A DNA stretch of 64,000 nt from Sphyrna mokarran (Eukaryota): positions 81,158,001-81,222,000 of the forward strand of contig JAGIQG010000009.1 in NCBI GenBank assembly GCA_024679065.1, written 5' to 3'. Of the stretch, positions 11,111 through 23,288 are shown piece after piece. A model generated the notes under the pieces. It was given only the letters and a program-made list of their open reading frames with translations. It did no database searches and was not told the DNA's origin. The position numbers and the translations under genes are program-made. Numbering within the stretch: position 1 is the stretch's first letter; each line of letters begins with the position of its first letter.

Positions 11111-12600
11111 ATATTATATAAAACTGTGGGATGTGTCAGTACAGGAGGTGGGACTGTGTGTCCATTATTATATATTATATAAAACTGTGGGATGTGTCAG
11201 TACAGGAGGTGGGACTGTGTATCCATTATTATATATTATATAAAACTGTGGGATGTGTCAGTACAGGAGGTGGGACTGTGTGTCCATTATTATATATTAT
11301 ATAAAACTGTGGGATGTGTCAGTACAGGAGGTGGGACTGTGTATCCATTATTATATATTATATAAAACTGTGGGATGTGTCAGTACAGGAGGTGGGACTG
11401 TGTGTCCATTATTATATATTATATAAAACTGTGGGATGTGTCAGTACAGGAGGTGGGACTGTGTGTCCATTATTATATATTATATAAAACTGTGGGATGT
11501 GTCAGTACAGGAGGTGGGACTGTGTATCCATTATTATATATTATATAAAACTGTGGGATGTGTCAGTACAGGAGGTGGGACTGTGTATCCATTATTATAT
11601 ATTATATAAAACTGTGGGATGTGTCAGTACAGGAGGTGGGACTGTGTGTCCATTATTATATATTATATAAAACTGTGGGATGTGTCAGTACAGGAGGTGG
11701 TACTGTGTATCCATTATTATATATTATATAAAACTGTGGGATGTGTCCATTATTATATATTATATAAAACTGTGGGATGTGTCAGTACAGGAGGTGGGAC
11801 TGTGTGTCCATTATTATATATTATATAAAACTGTGGGATGTGTCAGTACAGGAGGTGGGACTGTGTGTCCATTATTATATATTATATAAAACTGTGGGAT
11901 GTGTCAGTACAGGAGGTGGGACTGTGTATCCATTATTATATATTATATAAAACTGTGGGATGTGTCAGTACAGGAGGTGGGACTGTGTGTCCATTATTAT
12001 ATATTATATAAAACTGTGGGATGTGTCAGTACAGGAGGTGGGACTGTGTGTCCATTATTATATATTATATAAAACTGTGGGATGTGTCAGTACAGGAGGT
12101 GGGACTGTGTATCCATTATTATATATTATATAAAACTGTGGGATGTGTCAGTACAGGAGGTGGGACTGTGTGTCCATTATTATATATTATATAAAACTGT
12201 GGGATGTGTCAGTACAGGAGGTGGGACTGTGTGTCCATTATTATATATTATATAAAACTGTGGGATGTGTCAGTACAGGAGGTGGGACTGTGTGTCCATT
12301 ATTATATATTATATAAAACTGTGGGATGTGTCAGTACAGGAGGTGGGACTGTGTGTCCATTATTATATATTATATAAAACTGTGGGATGTGTCAGTACAG
12401 GAGGTGGGACTGTGTGTCCATTATTATATATTATATAAAACTGTGGGATGTGTCAGTACAGGAGGTGGGACTGTGTGTCCATTATTATATATTATATAAA
12501 ACTGTGGGATGTGTCAGTACAGGAGGTGGGACTGTGTGTCCATTATTATATATTATATAAAATTGTGGGATGTGTCAGTACAGGAGGTGGTGCTGTGTGT
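11111..12600. repeat. 61-bp minisatellite (~25 copies, one internally shortened) in the V-J interval, cluster 1
   Basis: Unit ccattattatatattatataaaactgtgggatgtgtcagtacaggaggtgggactgtgt(g/a)t; period 61 (e.g. 11162 to 11223). Confidence 0.97.
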
Positions 12601-12605
12601 GTTGG

Positions 12606-12633
12606 GGTTTTTGTAAGGCTCTGTATCACTGTG
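12606..12633 (-). other. 12-bp-spacer RSS of V, cluster 1
   Basis: Perfect consensus CACAGTG-atacagagcctt-ACAAAAACC on the minus strand. Confidence 0.98.
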
Positions 12634-12934
12634 TAGGGCCAGCTCTCACTTTGCTGACAGTAATAATCAGCGACATCCTCATTCTGAACATTGCTGATTG
12701 TCAAAGTGAATCTTGTATTGGAAATTTCATTGCCGCTGAATCGGTCGGATACTCCTGTGAAGCGGCTTACAGCATTGTAGATCAGCAGAGCCGGTTTCTG
12801 TCCTTCCCGCTGCTGGAACCATTCAACATCTCTACTCGCATCCTGACTGGCCGTACAGGTGATGGTGGCGGTCTGGCCCAGGCTCACTGACAGCACTGGG
12901 GGAGTCTGGGTCATGATGATCTCTCCATTGATAC
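12634..12934 (-). CDS. IGKV: Ig kappa-type V exon, cluster 1
   Basis: cctcag acceptor. Reads [100 protein letters not shown]. Conserved Cys, Trp and YYC; open frame. Confidence 0.97.
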
Positions 12935-13116
12935 CTGAGGGGTAATAGAGAAACAGAGTGAAGTCAGAACTGTCACAGAAAGAGGCTGTAAAATGAGATA
13001 TTGTTGGAGACACTGACTGTTCCTCTCCTTTCAACATTTTCCCTTCAATCACAAGTCAGGAGAATTGGATTGAAATGGAGAGCAGGAAAATATTCAAGGT
13101 GGAAGGAGATTAGTAC

Positions 13117-13165
13117 CTGCGATGCAGAATGCCAGAGGCCAGAGCAGCTGGATGGCTGAAATCAT
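13117..13165 (-). CDS. IGKV: Leader (signal peptide) exon of V, cluster 1: MISAIQLLWPLAFCIAG
   Basis: accATG start, 49-nt hydrophobic exon, G|gtacta donor in phase with the V exon. Confidence 0.92.
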
Positions 13166-13225
13166 GGTGTGTGCTCGTGTCCCTGTGCCTGGTTACTGAT
13201 AAACTCTCCCTTCACTGGGCTCTGC

Positions 13226-13322
13226 TTTATAAAGCTGCAGCCTGTGAGAGTCTCACTGCCTGTTCCTCAGTTTGTAAATGTTCTGACCCAGAGAAACCAC
13301 GTCAGCATCTTTCACTTCCTCT
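13226..13322 (-). promoter_or_regulatory. V promoter: TATA (13226-13233), TGACGTGG CRE/ATF-type site (13297-13304), Ets-IRF composite GGAAGTGAAA (13310-13319)
   Basis: Motifs lie 60-155 bp upstream of the ATG and all are conserved in the cluster 2 promoter. Binding is inferred from motif match only. Confidence 0.65.
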
Positions 13323-13685
13323 TCTTCTCTCTCTATCCCTCAGTCTCTGTCCCTGAGTCTCTGTCCCTCAGTCTCTGTTCCTTCGTCTCTGTCTTTCACT
13401 CCCTCAATATCTCTCCCTCACTCGCTGTCTCTCTCTGTCTCTTTCTCTCGATATCTGTCCCTCAATCTCTGTCTCTCTCATTCTATTGATATCACTCCCT
13501 CAATTCTTATCTCTTTCACTCTCTGTGTAACTCTCCATTTGTCTCTCTTTCTATCCACCACACTGTCGCTATCTCCCTTTCTTTTCATTCCTGTCTCACT
13601 CTCTTTGTTTACTCTCTCATTCACTCTTTCTCTCTTCTCATTCTTCCACCCTCTATTTCTCTCAGTTTTTCCTTCACTTTATCTC
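13323..13685. repeat. CT-rich low-complexity tract upstream of V promoter (counterpart ~42165-42563)
   Basis: Degenerate (CT)n/(TCTG)n polypyrimidine run. Confidence 0.8.
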
Positions 13686-15665
13686 ATAGAGTCATAGAGG
13701 TTTACAGCAAGGAAACAGGCCCTTCAACCCAACTTGTCCATGCTGCCCTTTTTTTAAAATCCCTCACCCCAATTGCTGCATTTGGCCCATATCCCTCTGT
13801 ACGCATCTTATCCACATCACTGCCTAAATGCTTTTTAAAAGATAAAATTATGCTCACCTCCACTACTACCTCTGGCAAATTGTTCCAGACAATCACCACC
13901 CTCTGTGTGAAAATATTGCACATTTGTACACTTTTGTATCTCTCATCTCTCACCTTAAACCTATGCCATCTAGTGTTAGACTCCCCTATCTCTGGAAAAA
14001 AATATCGAATATCTGGTTGATCTATACCCCTCATTATTTTATAGAGCTCTGTAAGATCACCCCTCACCCTTCTAATGCTCCAGGGAAAAAAGTCCAGCCT
14101 CTCCTTATAACCCAAACCATCAAGTCCTGATAGCTTCACAGTAAATCTTTTCTGCACTCTTTCTCGTTTAATAATATCTTTTCTATAATAAGGTGACCAG
14201 AATTATATACAGTATTCCAAATGTGCCCTTACTAATGTCCTGTATGACGTCAACAAGTCCTGATTCCAGAATCCAATGTTCTAATCAATAAAACCAAGCA
14301 TGCAGAATGCCTTCTCCAGCACTCTGTCTGCCCGTGACTCCACTTTCAAGGTGCTATGAACCTGTACCCCTCAATCTCTTTGTTCTGTAACTCTTCCCAA
14401 TGCCCTACCATGAACTGAGTAAGTCCTGCCCTGGTTCAATTTACCAAAATGCATCACCTTGCATTAATCTAAATTAAACTCCAGTTGCCATTCATCAGCC
14501 CACTGGCCTAATTCCAGTTGCAATTGGAAATAACTTTTTTCACTGTCCACTATGCCATCAATCTTCGTGTCATTTGCAAACTTACTAACCATAACTCCTA
14601 TATTCTCATTCAAATCATTAATATCAAGCACAAATCACAGTGGACGCAGCATCGATCCCTATGCACACCACTCATTCTCTTTGTTCCTCAGTATTCACAT
14701 CTCACTCTGCCTGAGAAGAGGCGCCATCCTCCTGGTATCCACTCTGTCAGTCCCCTCACAATGTGATATGTTTCAATAAGATCACCTCTCATTCTTCTAA
14801 ACTCCAATGGGTTCAGGCCCAACCTGTTCAACTTTTCTTGAAATGATATCCCCCCTTCCAGGAATGTTTCAAGTGAATCTTCTCTGAACTCCTTCGAATG
14901 CAATGAAATCCTTCTTCAAATAAAGAAATCTAAACTGTACTCAGTATTCCAGATGTGGTCTCACCAAGACTCCGTACAGCTGTGGTAAAACTTCCCTATT
15001 TTTATATTCCATTCTCCTTGTAATAAACACCAACATTCCATTTGTCTTCCTAATCACTTGCTGTAGCTGCAGACTAACTTGTTGTGATTCATGTCCCAGG
15101 ACAGCCAGATCCCTCTGTAGCACCGAGTTGTGCAATCTCTCACCATTTCAATAGTTTACTGCTTTTCTATTCTTCCTGCCAAAGTGGACACTTTCACATT
15201 TACCCAGGGTGTTTAGCCACTCACTTCCCCTGTCTCTATCTGTTTGAAGACTTTCTACTTTGTCTTGATAACTTTCTTTCCCCATCTATCTTAGTGTCAT
15301 TGGGTCATTAGTTCAATTCAATCCTTTCATCCAAGTCATTGATATAGATTGTGAATAGTTGTGGTCCCAACACTGATTGTTTAAGAACTCCCCTAATTAC
15401 AGCTTATCCCAACCCTAAAATAAACATTTATCCCCTCTCTCTGGTCTCTGTTAACTAACCAATCCTCTATCAATGCTAATATGTTACCCACACACCATCT
15501 TCTTACCCACACACCATCACATCTTGTGTAGTAATGTTTAATGTGGCAATTTATTAGATACCTTTTCGAATTCCCTGTCACAGGTACAAGTTGACGTGAC
15601 CTCTGCAAAGATGGACAATGAGATATGTAAAACAGAAAGAAACTGCTTCATATTGCTGATGATGT
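13686..15665 (-). mobile_element. Old fragmented CR1 LINE pieces upstream of V (counterpart ~42565-44550)
   Basis: Broken RGDL/YKIM, RPHLEY and DDTKIGG motifs. Confidence 0.75.
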
Positions 15666-15671
15666 CCATGT

Positions 15672-16440
15672 CCCATTGGAGCCTCCAATAGGGACCAGTA
15701 AACATGGGCCTCCTTCCCACTGGAGCCTCCAATAGGGACCAGTAAACATGGGCCTCCTTCCCACTGGAGCCTCCAATAGGGACCAGTAAACATGGGCCTC
15801 CTTCCCACTGGAGCCTCCAATAGGGACCAGTAAACATGGGCCTCCTTCCCACTGGAGCCTCCAATAGGGACCAGTAAACATGGGCCTCCTTCCCACTGGA
15901 ACCTCCAATAGGGACCAGTAAACATGGGCCTCCTTCCCACTGGAGCCTCCAATAGGGACCAGTAAACATGGGCCTCCTTCCCACTGGAGCCTCCAATAGG
16001 GACCAGTAAACATGGGCCTCCTTCCCACTGGAGCCTCCAATAGGGACCAGTAAACATGGGCCTCCTTCCCACTGGAGCCTCCAATAGGGACCAGTAAACA
16101 TGGGCCTCCTTCCCACTGGAGCCTCCAATAGGGACCAGTAAACATGGGCCTCCTTCCCACTGGAGCCTCCAGTAGGGACCAGTAAACATGGGCCTCCTTC
16201 CCACTGGAGTCTCTAATAGGAACCAGTAAACATGGGCCTCCTTCCCACTGGATCCTCCAATAGGGACCAGTAAACATGGGCCTCCTTCCCACTGGAATCT
16301 CCAATAGGGACCAGTAAACATGGGCCTCCTTCCCACTGGAACCTCAGTAGGGACCAGTAAACATGGGCCTCCTTCCCACTGGAACCTCAGTAGGGACCAG
16401 TAAACATGGGCCTCCTTCCCACTGGAACCTCAGTAGGGAT
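15672..16440. repeat. 44-bp minisatellite (~17 copies)
   Basis: Unit cccactggagcctccaatagggaccagtaaacatgggcctcctt; accounts for the repetitive ORFs at 15538-16336. Confidence 0.96.
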
Positions 16441-17009
16441 CAAAAAGATTTACTGCATTTCAAGAGGCCCTTCGGCCCAAATTATCCATGTCGCCTCAGT
16501 GATCTATCACCCCTGACCTCACTGTCTTCCAATACCCTCCATGGCCTCACTCCTCCCTACCCCTGTGTCCTGCTCCAGATTCACATTTCCCCCTCACCTT
16601 CCATCTGCTGATTCTGCTCCCTGGCCCATCGCTGCTTCCTTCATCCCACCGTTGACAGCAGAGTCTTCAAACATCCAGGTCCTGCTCTCTGCCCTCCGAC
16701 CCTTAATCCCTCCCCCTCTCCAAATCTTTTTCCCCAACAAACTCCATCCTTTCACCCAAGCCTTTGATCTCTCTTCCTAAACTACCCCCAGCTCCTCCCC
16801 CATTCCTCTTATGTTGCTCTGTGAAACATAATGGGCTATGTTGTACACTAAGGTGCTATATAAATTTAGGTTCTGTGTGGGTTTTGGTTGGGGATAGAAT
16901 TAGACACAGTGGTGAAGGATCTTGCAGTCAAATATCCTGCTGACAGGATCCAGACTTCAACACACAGAATGGGACATTGTGTAAAGTAAGAATTATTAAA
17001 AATGTATTC

Positions 17010-17918
17010 ATTGACGGGATGTGGGTGTCACTGGCTGTCCCAACATTTATTGCCCATCCCTAATTGTCCTTGAGAAGGTGATGATGAACTGCCTTCTTGA
17101 ACCACTGCAATCCATGAGGTGTACACACACCCACAGTGCTGTTAGGGAGGGATTTCCAGGATTCTGACCCAGTGACAGTGCATGAACAGAGATGTATTTC
17201 CATTTCAGAATGGCATGTGGCTTGGAGGGGAATGTCCTGGTGATGTTGATCCCAGGGATCTGCTACACTTGTCTTTCCAGATGATAGTGGTCATGGTATT
17301 CGAAGGTGCTGCCTCAAGAACCTTGTTGAGTTCATGCAGGGCATCTTATAGATGGCACACACTGCTGCCACTGTTCGACAGTGGTGGAGGGATTTAATGT
17401 TTGTGAATGGGGTGCCAATCGAGTGAGGCTGATTTGTTCTGGATGATGTTGAGCTTTTTGAGTGTTGCTGGAGCTCTACTCATCCAGACAAGTGGAGAGT
17501 ATTCCATCACATTCCAGACTTGTGCCTTGTAGATGGTGGAGAGGCTTTGGAGAGTCAGGATGTGAGTTACTCGCTGCAGGATTCCTATCCATTGACCTTC
17601 TCTTGTAGCTACAGTATTTATAGGCTGGTCCAGTTCAGTTTCTGGTCAATCATAACCAACAGGATTTTACAGTGGGGGATTCAGCAATGGTAATGACATT
17701 GAATGTCAAGGGGAGATGTTAAAATTCTCTCTTGTTGGGGATGGTGATTCCGTGGTACTGATGTGGCATGAATGTTACTGCTTCAATATCTGAGGAGTTG
17801 TGAATGGTGCTGAGCATTGTGCAATCATCAGTGAACATCCCACTTCTGAAGGTCATTACTGAAGCAGCTGAAGATGGTTGTGTCTCAGACACGACCCTGA
17901 GGAATTCCTGCAGTGATG
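17010..17918 (-). mobile_element. Degenerate non-LTR retrotransposon 3' part (counterpart ~45520-46430)
   Basis: Remnants of GVPQG/IFSCF and STIYKAQV..MEYSPL motifs followed by a 3' UTR. Confidence 0.7.
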
Positions 17919-18034
17919 TCCCAGGATAACTCCCTCCTGACTGTATCCCACTGTGCCTTCTGTGCTGGGAGATTGGAGGTAGTGAACACGGTTCACCATT
18001 TTCTCCCGTCTCAGTAACAAACATCCAGCTGCTC
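17919..18034. repeat. 116-bp block, exact inverted copy of 29048-29163; also at 46432-46547 and 58592-58707
   Basis: Base-by-base comparison shows identity in all four copies. Confidence 0.95.
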
Positions 18035-20710
18035 TGAGCTCCTTCTTTCACTTCCTCTGTCGGTTACGTTTCAATCTTCCGATCTGACAGTCTTTGCAGT
18101 TATTTTTGACACTGGGGATTTGTGCTGTGGTCTGAATCTCTAACAATAACTGTCCAATCAGTGAAAAGAACAACAGCTCAGAGCAGTCAGGACTGAGGAG
18201 CCAGGCTCACTGGGAAACACATTGGGAAGATCAAAGCCATGGTCTTCAGCTCCCAATACAAACTCCATCCCTCCCCCTTTGAAGTGTCTGACACTGAACC
18301 ACACGGTCCACAGCCATGGTGTCCTATTTGACCCTGAGATGACTTTCCCACCACATCATTCACTCCATCACTAAGAACACCTATGTCCACCTTGGTAACA
18401 TCTCCCGTGTGCCCCCTGCCTCACATCATCTTCTGGTGAAAATCTCATCCATGTCTTTGTTACCCTCTGAACGTTACTATTCCAATGCTGTCCTGGTCGA
18501 CCTCACACCTACCACCCTCTGTAATCATCAGCTCATCCAGAACTCTGCTTCCTGGATCTGAACTCACACCAAATCCTGTTCACCCGTCACTCTCTGTTCT
18601 CACTGACTTACACTGACCCCCGGTCCAGCAATGCCCTGATTTTAACATTCTCATTCTGCCTATCAAATCCCTCCCTATCCTGTACCCTCCCTGTCTCTGT
18701 AACCTCCTCCAAGCTGCCTACTTTAGTGTGCTCAGTAATCTTGGATATGTGACTCTCTATTCCTTCATCCAGGTCATTGAGCAATATAGTGAAAAGCTGA
18801 GGCTTCAGCACAGATCCCTGGGGACATCACTATTCACAGCTTGCTGATTGGAAAACACACACACATTATCCCTACTCTCTGTCTCCTATCTCTGAACCAA
18901 TTCCTTATCAATGGCAAAGGCTTTCTTCAAATTCCAAACACTTTCATTTTTATTCACAGCCTCTCGTGAGGCACTTTCCCAAATGTCTTCTCGAAATGCA
19001 TGGAAATAAGATCCAGAGATATTCCCTTATTGAGCACATTAGTGACTCATTAACAAATGTAAGCAGCTGAGTTGAATATGTCTGAATCTTTTAAAATTCG
19101 TGTTGACACTTTCTGATCAGTTCCTGTTTCTCACTCATTCTGTCTCTAATAAAATATTCCAGTCACTTTCCCACAATACACATTAAACCGAGTTCTCAGC
19201 TGTGAATGACTCGAGTAAAACAGCTAGTACAGACATGAGGGGCTGAATGGTCTCCTGTGTTTTAGATCTATCTGACTCCTTGACTGAAACATCTGGATTG
19301 GAATAGGAGATGGGCTGGAGGTTAAAGAATGAGTTGAAGGTAAACAGAGTGTTATTAGTGGGTCATGTCCAATATATATTTTGTCCATTACTTCCTCGAA
19401 AAGATGGAGTCAAATTTTCTGAAAAACTAAGTGCCCATTGCGGCTGGAAAACAGGACATTTTCCCACCATTTTCTGGGCACATTTACTCAGTTGAAATGC
19501 CGGCACTCGGTATTTCACAAAATCTGCCAGGGATTTACACCAATGGATGGGGTTAATCCCACCCGTGAGGCCAGGATCAACACTCCCTCATCCCTGCCTT
19601 GCGATATCTTCCCCAATCTAATTCCCCACTCCCCTGATCACAGGCCCTGACCCCCCGAACCCCATCTCACTTTCCCGAATCGACTGGCCTCCCAACCTCC
19701 CCCCAATCACCGGCCCCGTCTCCCCATGGACAACCCCATCCCTCTTTGCACAGTTGCCAGCCCCTGATGTCTTCCACAACTCTCCCTCCAATCACCGATA
19801 CCAACCCCCACCCCTACTCCCCTTCCCCAACCGAATGCCTTCCCAATGGCTCCCACCCCCTCATCCCCCCAATTCTCGGCCCCCTCGCCGATCGCCGGCT
19901 TCCCAATGGCTTCCTCAATTAGAAAGTTCCTGCTGAACTCAGCAACAATTCTGCATTGCCCACCCACCCCCCACCACCCTGAGCTTTTAAACAAACATCA
20001 GCGATGGAATTGTGGAGAGACACAGAAAGAAACTTTAGTAAAAGTCAAAACAGCTTTCCCGTCATCGTCATTGCTTGTGCACTTTGACCCGAAGCAAACC
20101 ATTCGGAATCATTTGTGGCCTCGCCGTACTTTGTGGGGGATGAACACACAGTAGATGGACAGTTGGGAGTGAGGTTCAGTCAGATATAGAAGGAAAAGTT
20201 GGTGAGTCCAGCAGGCAGAGAAGACTTGGGCTTGATAAGGCACACGGGAGGATTGGAAGGCTAAACAGCATCTATTTTAATACAAGGAGCCTGTCTGGTC
20301 AGGCAGATGAACTTAAAGAGTTGGTCAGCACGGGGAAATATGAGATTGTTGTAATCACTGAGACATGGTTGAAAGAAGGACCAGACTGGAATCTCGACAT
20401 TCCAGGATATAGAAGTTCAAGGTGTGATTGGGGGACATGTAGGAGAGGATGTAAGAGATTAAAGAGACCATCACTGCAATAATGAGGCAGGATATGTTGG
20501 AACGCTCTTCAAAAGAGGACATAGGGGTGGAGCTGAGAAATATAAATAGCAATCATTGTATGGGATTATGGCACAGCCCTCCCAACACTCAGAGGGAGAT
20601 AGAGGAGCAGATATGTAGGCAAATCATAGAGAGAGGTGTGAGAGGAATAGGGCTATAGTCGTCGGGGATTTCAACCTCACCAATATTAATAGAATCACCT
20701 CAGTGTGAAA

Positions 20711-21018
20711 GGGCTGGCACGGTGGCACAGTGGTTAACGCTGCTGCCTCACAATGCCAGGGACCCAGGGTCACTGTCTGTGTGGAGTTTGTATGTTCTCC
20801 CCGTGTTTGCGTGAGTTTCCTCTGAGTGCTCTGGTTTCCTCCCACAGTCCAACGATGTGCAGGTTAGACTGATTGGCCATGCTAAATTGCTCCTTAGTGT
20901 CAGCATGACTAACAAGGTAAATACATGGGATCATGGGGACAGGGCTGGGTGGGATTGTTGTTGGTATGGGATCGATGGGTTGAATAGCCTAGTTCTGCAC
21001 TGTCGGGATTCTATGATT
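20711..21018 (+). mobile_element. tRNA-derived SINE (HE1-like); orthologue from ~51640
   Basis: ggcacggtggcacagtggtt head, conserved core, and ...ctgcactgtcgggattctatga tail. Confidence 0.8.
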
Positions 21019-21159
21019 AGACAGGATGGAATTTGTAAAGTGAGTCCAGAGAGCTCTTTGTGTCAGTACGCCAACCTAATCCTCGGGAATGAAGTTGGGC
21101 AAGTTGTTGGAGTGTCAGTGGTGAGCATTTTGGGGATGGGGATGGTGGACAGAGCAATG

Positions 21160-21960
21160 AAACCTGGAATTTAATACTGATAAGTGTGAGATGATGCATT
21201 TGGGAGATTTAATAAGGATAGGATTTACACAATGAACAGTTGGTACCGAGGGAGTATTGAGGAGAAAAGGGACCTTGGTATAAAGTTCATGGATCTCTGA
21301 AGGTGGCAGCACAGGGAGATAGTGTGGTGAAGAAGGCAATCGGAATGCTTGCCTTCATTAGCCGGGGGAATTCGAATATGGGAGGGGGAAGGATTTGATA
21401 CAACTTTATAAAACATTGGTTAGGACGTGGGTGAAATGTGCGCAGTTCTGGTCACCACACTATCGGAAGGATGTGATTGCACTGGTGAGGGTGCAGGGGA
21501 GAATCACCAGGATGTTGCCTGGGATGGAAACTTTCAGCTGTGAGGAGAGACTGGATAGACTGGGATTGTTTTCCCTGGAGCAGAGGAGGCTGACAGAGGA
21601 TCTCATAGAGGTTTACAAAATTATGAGAGGTATAGATAGGGTAGGTTGTAAGAGACTTTTCTCCATGGCAACGGATTCCAAGAGCACATGGCATAGGTTT
21701 AAGGTGAGGGAGAAGTGGTTTAGAGAAGATTTGAGAAAGAATTTTTGACCTAGAGAATGGTGGAAATATGGAATGTGCTGCCTGAGAGAGTGGTGGAGGC
21801 AGGAACTCTCGGTACATTTAAGAAGCATCTGGACAAGCTCGTCAATCACCAAGGCATAGGAATTATGGACCAAGCACTGATAAAAGAAATTAATATAGAT
21901 TGGTATTGGGTAGTCAGCACAGATATAAGGGCCTGTTTCTGTGCTGTGTGACTCTATGAC
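21160..21960 (+). mobile_element. CR1 LINE 3' fragment
   Basis: QLYKTLVR..CAQFWSPHYRKD..GLFSLEQRRL..DLIEVYKIM. Confidence 0.8.
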
Positions 21961-23288
21961 GCTAAATGGAGTTGGAGCAATTCTATCCCATAGAATGGCA
22001 GATCGGACGGAAAGACCAAATTCATTTGCATTGAGAACTTTGTTAAATGTTGACAAAATATATTCACAAATTGACATAGAAAGCTCAACAGTTATCCACA
22101 CAGTGAAAAATTTCACCAATATGTCTATAAGCGGCATTTCACCATCGTGTCAGACCATAAGCCATTGTTGGGACTTTTCCAGGACATTAAGCCAGTGCCA
22201 CCTATTGCCTCTGCCAGGGTGCAGAAATGGGCATTGCTGCTGGCACTAAAGAGCTAAACCTTCCAGCACAGGCCTGGAATAATCATCTCAAATACAGATG
22301 CATTGAGCCGCCTGCCGCTACCACAGACCATACCATCACCGCCTGTTCCACAGGAGATCGTATTGGCTCTGCATTATTTGGACACCTTGCCTGTCTCAGC
22401 AGCCCACATTCAGATGTGGACACATAGGGAGCTGGTGTTAGCAAAGGGCAAGAAAATAGTACTGACCGGGTGGCACTTTGACAAGGCAGAGCAAATGAAG
22501 CTGTATTTACATTGCAGGGACCAGATACCCTGTGAAGAGGGGGTGCTATTGTAGGGTGTCAGTTTCATGGTATTATCCCTTGTGCAATGGCCACTGCTCC
22601 AAAAGTTACATGAGACCCAAATTGGCCAGAGGAGAACTAAAGTGTTGGCCAGTAGTTATGTCTAGTGGCCTGGCATTGATAGAGACATTGAATAAATGGT
22701 TGGGCAGTATGAGAGTTGTCCGACTCAGCAAGTGTTACTTCCATCAGTGAACATGCTCCCTTGGTCACGGCTTCGTGTAGGTTTTGGACAGATGTTCCTG
22801 GTGTTAGTCGATGCTCATTCCAAGTGACTGGACGATCAGTTCATGAGATCCATCACATCCTCCATTTACCATCGATAAACTGAGGCAGATCTTTGTGATC
22901 CATGGTCTTCCTGAAGTGTTGCTATCAGACAATGGAGCAGCATTTACGCTGATGAATTTCAGACTTTGGTCAATTCTAATGAGATTTGTCATGTCAGACC
23001 AGCCCCCGACCATCCTGCCTCGAATGGGTCGGTGGAGTGAGCCATGCTGATGTTCAAGGCTCCATGTGAAGCAGGTTCATGGGCCGCTGCCATTGCAATT
23101 GGCCAGTTATTTGCTGTCCGACAACACTACACCTCACACCATCACTGGGGTCATGTTGGGGTCACACCCGCAGAATTGTTAATGGGTTGGTGCCCGTGTA
23201 CCTGTTTAGATTTAGTGTTCCCAAATTTGTCGGGGAGGATGGAGGCTCAGCGAGCCTCTCAGAAAGAATATCATGACTGTCAGAAAGA

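Noticed and set aside
11111-12600. CRISPR-like appearance of the regular repeats (also 15672-16440)
   Set aside because: Units are contiguous with no unique spacers, there are no cas genes, and the context is vertebrate; these are minisatellites.
12935-13052. N-terminal extension of the V ORF (MIEGKMLKG...) in the ORF track
   Set aside because: This is leader-V intron sequence; the real start is the spliced leader exon at 13165.
15538-16336. Long repetitive ORFs (196-252 aa) in three frames
   Set aside because: Artefact of a stop-free 44-bp unit on the minus strand; no gene structure.
19560-19985. C-rich, proline-rich ORFs with G-quadruplex potential
   Set aside because: Low-complexity part of a probable interspersed repeat; no evidence of coding or switch-region function.
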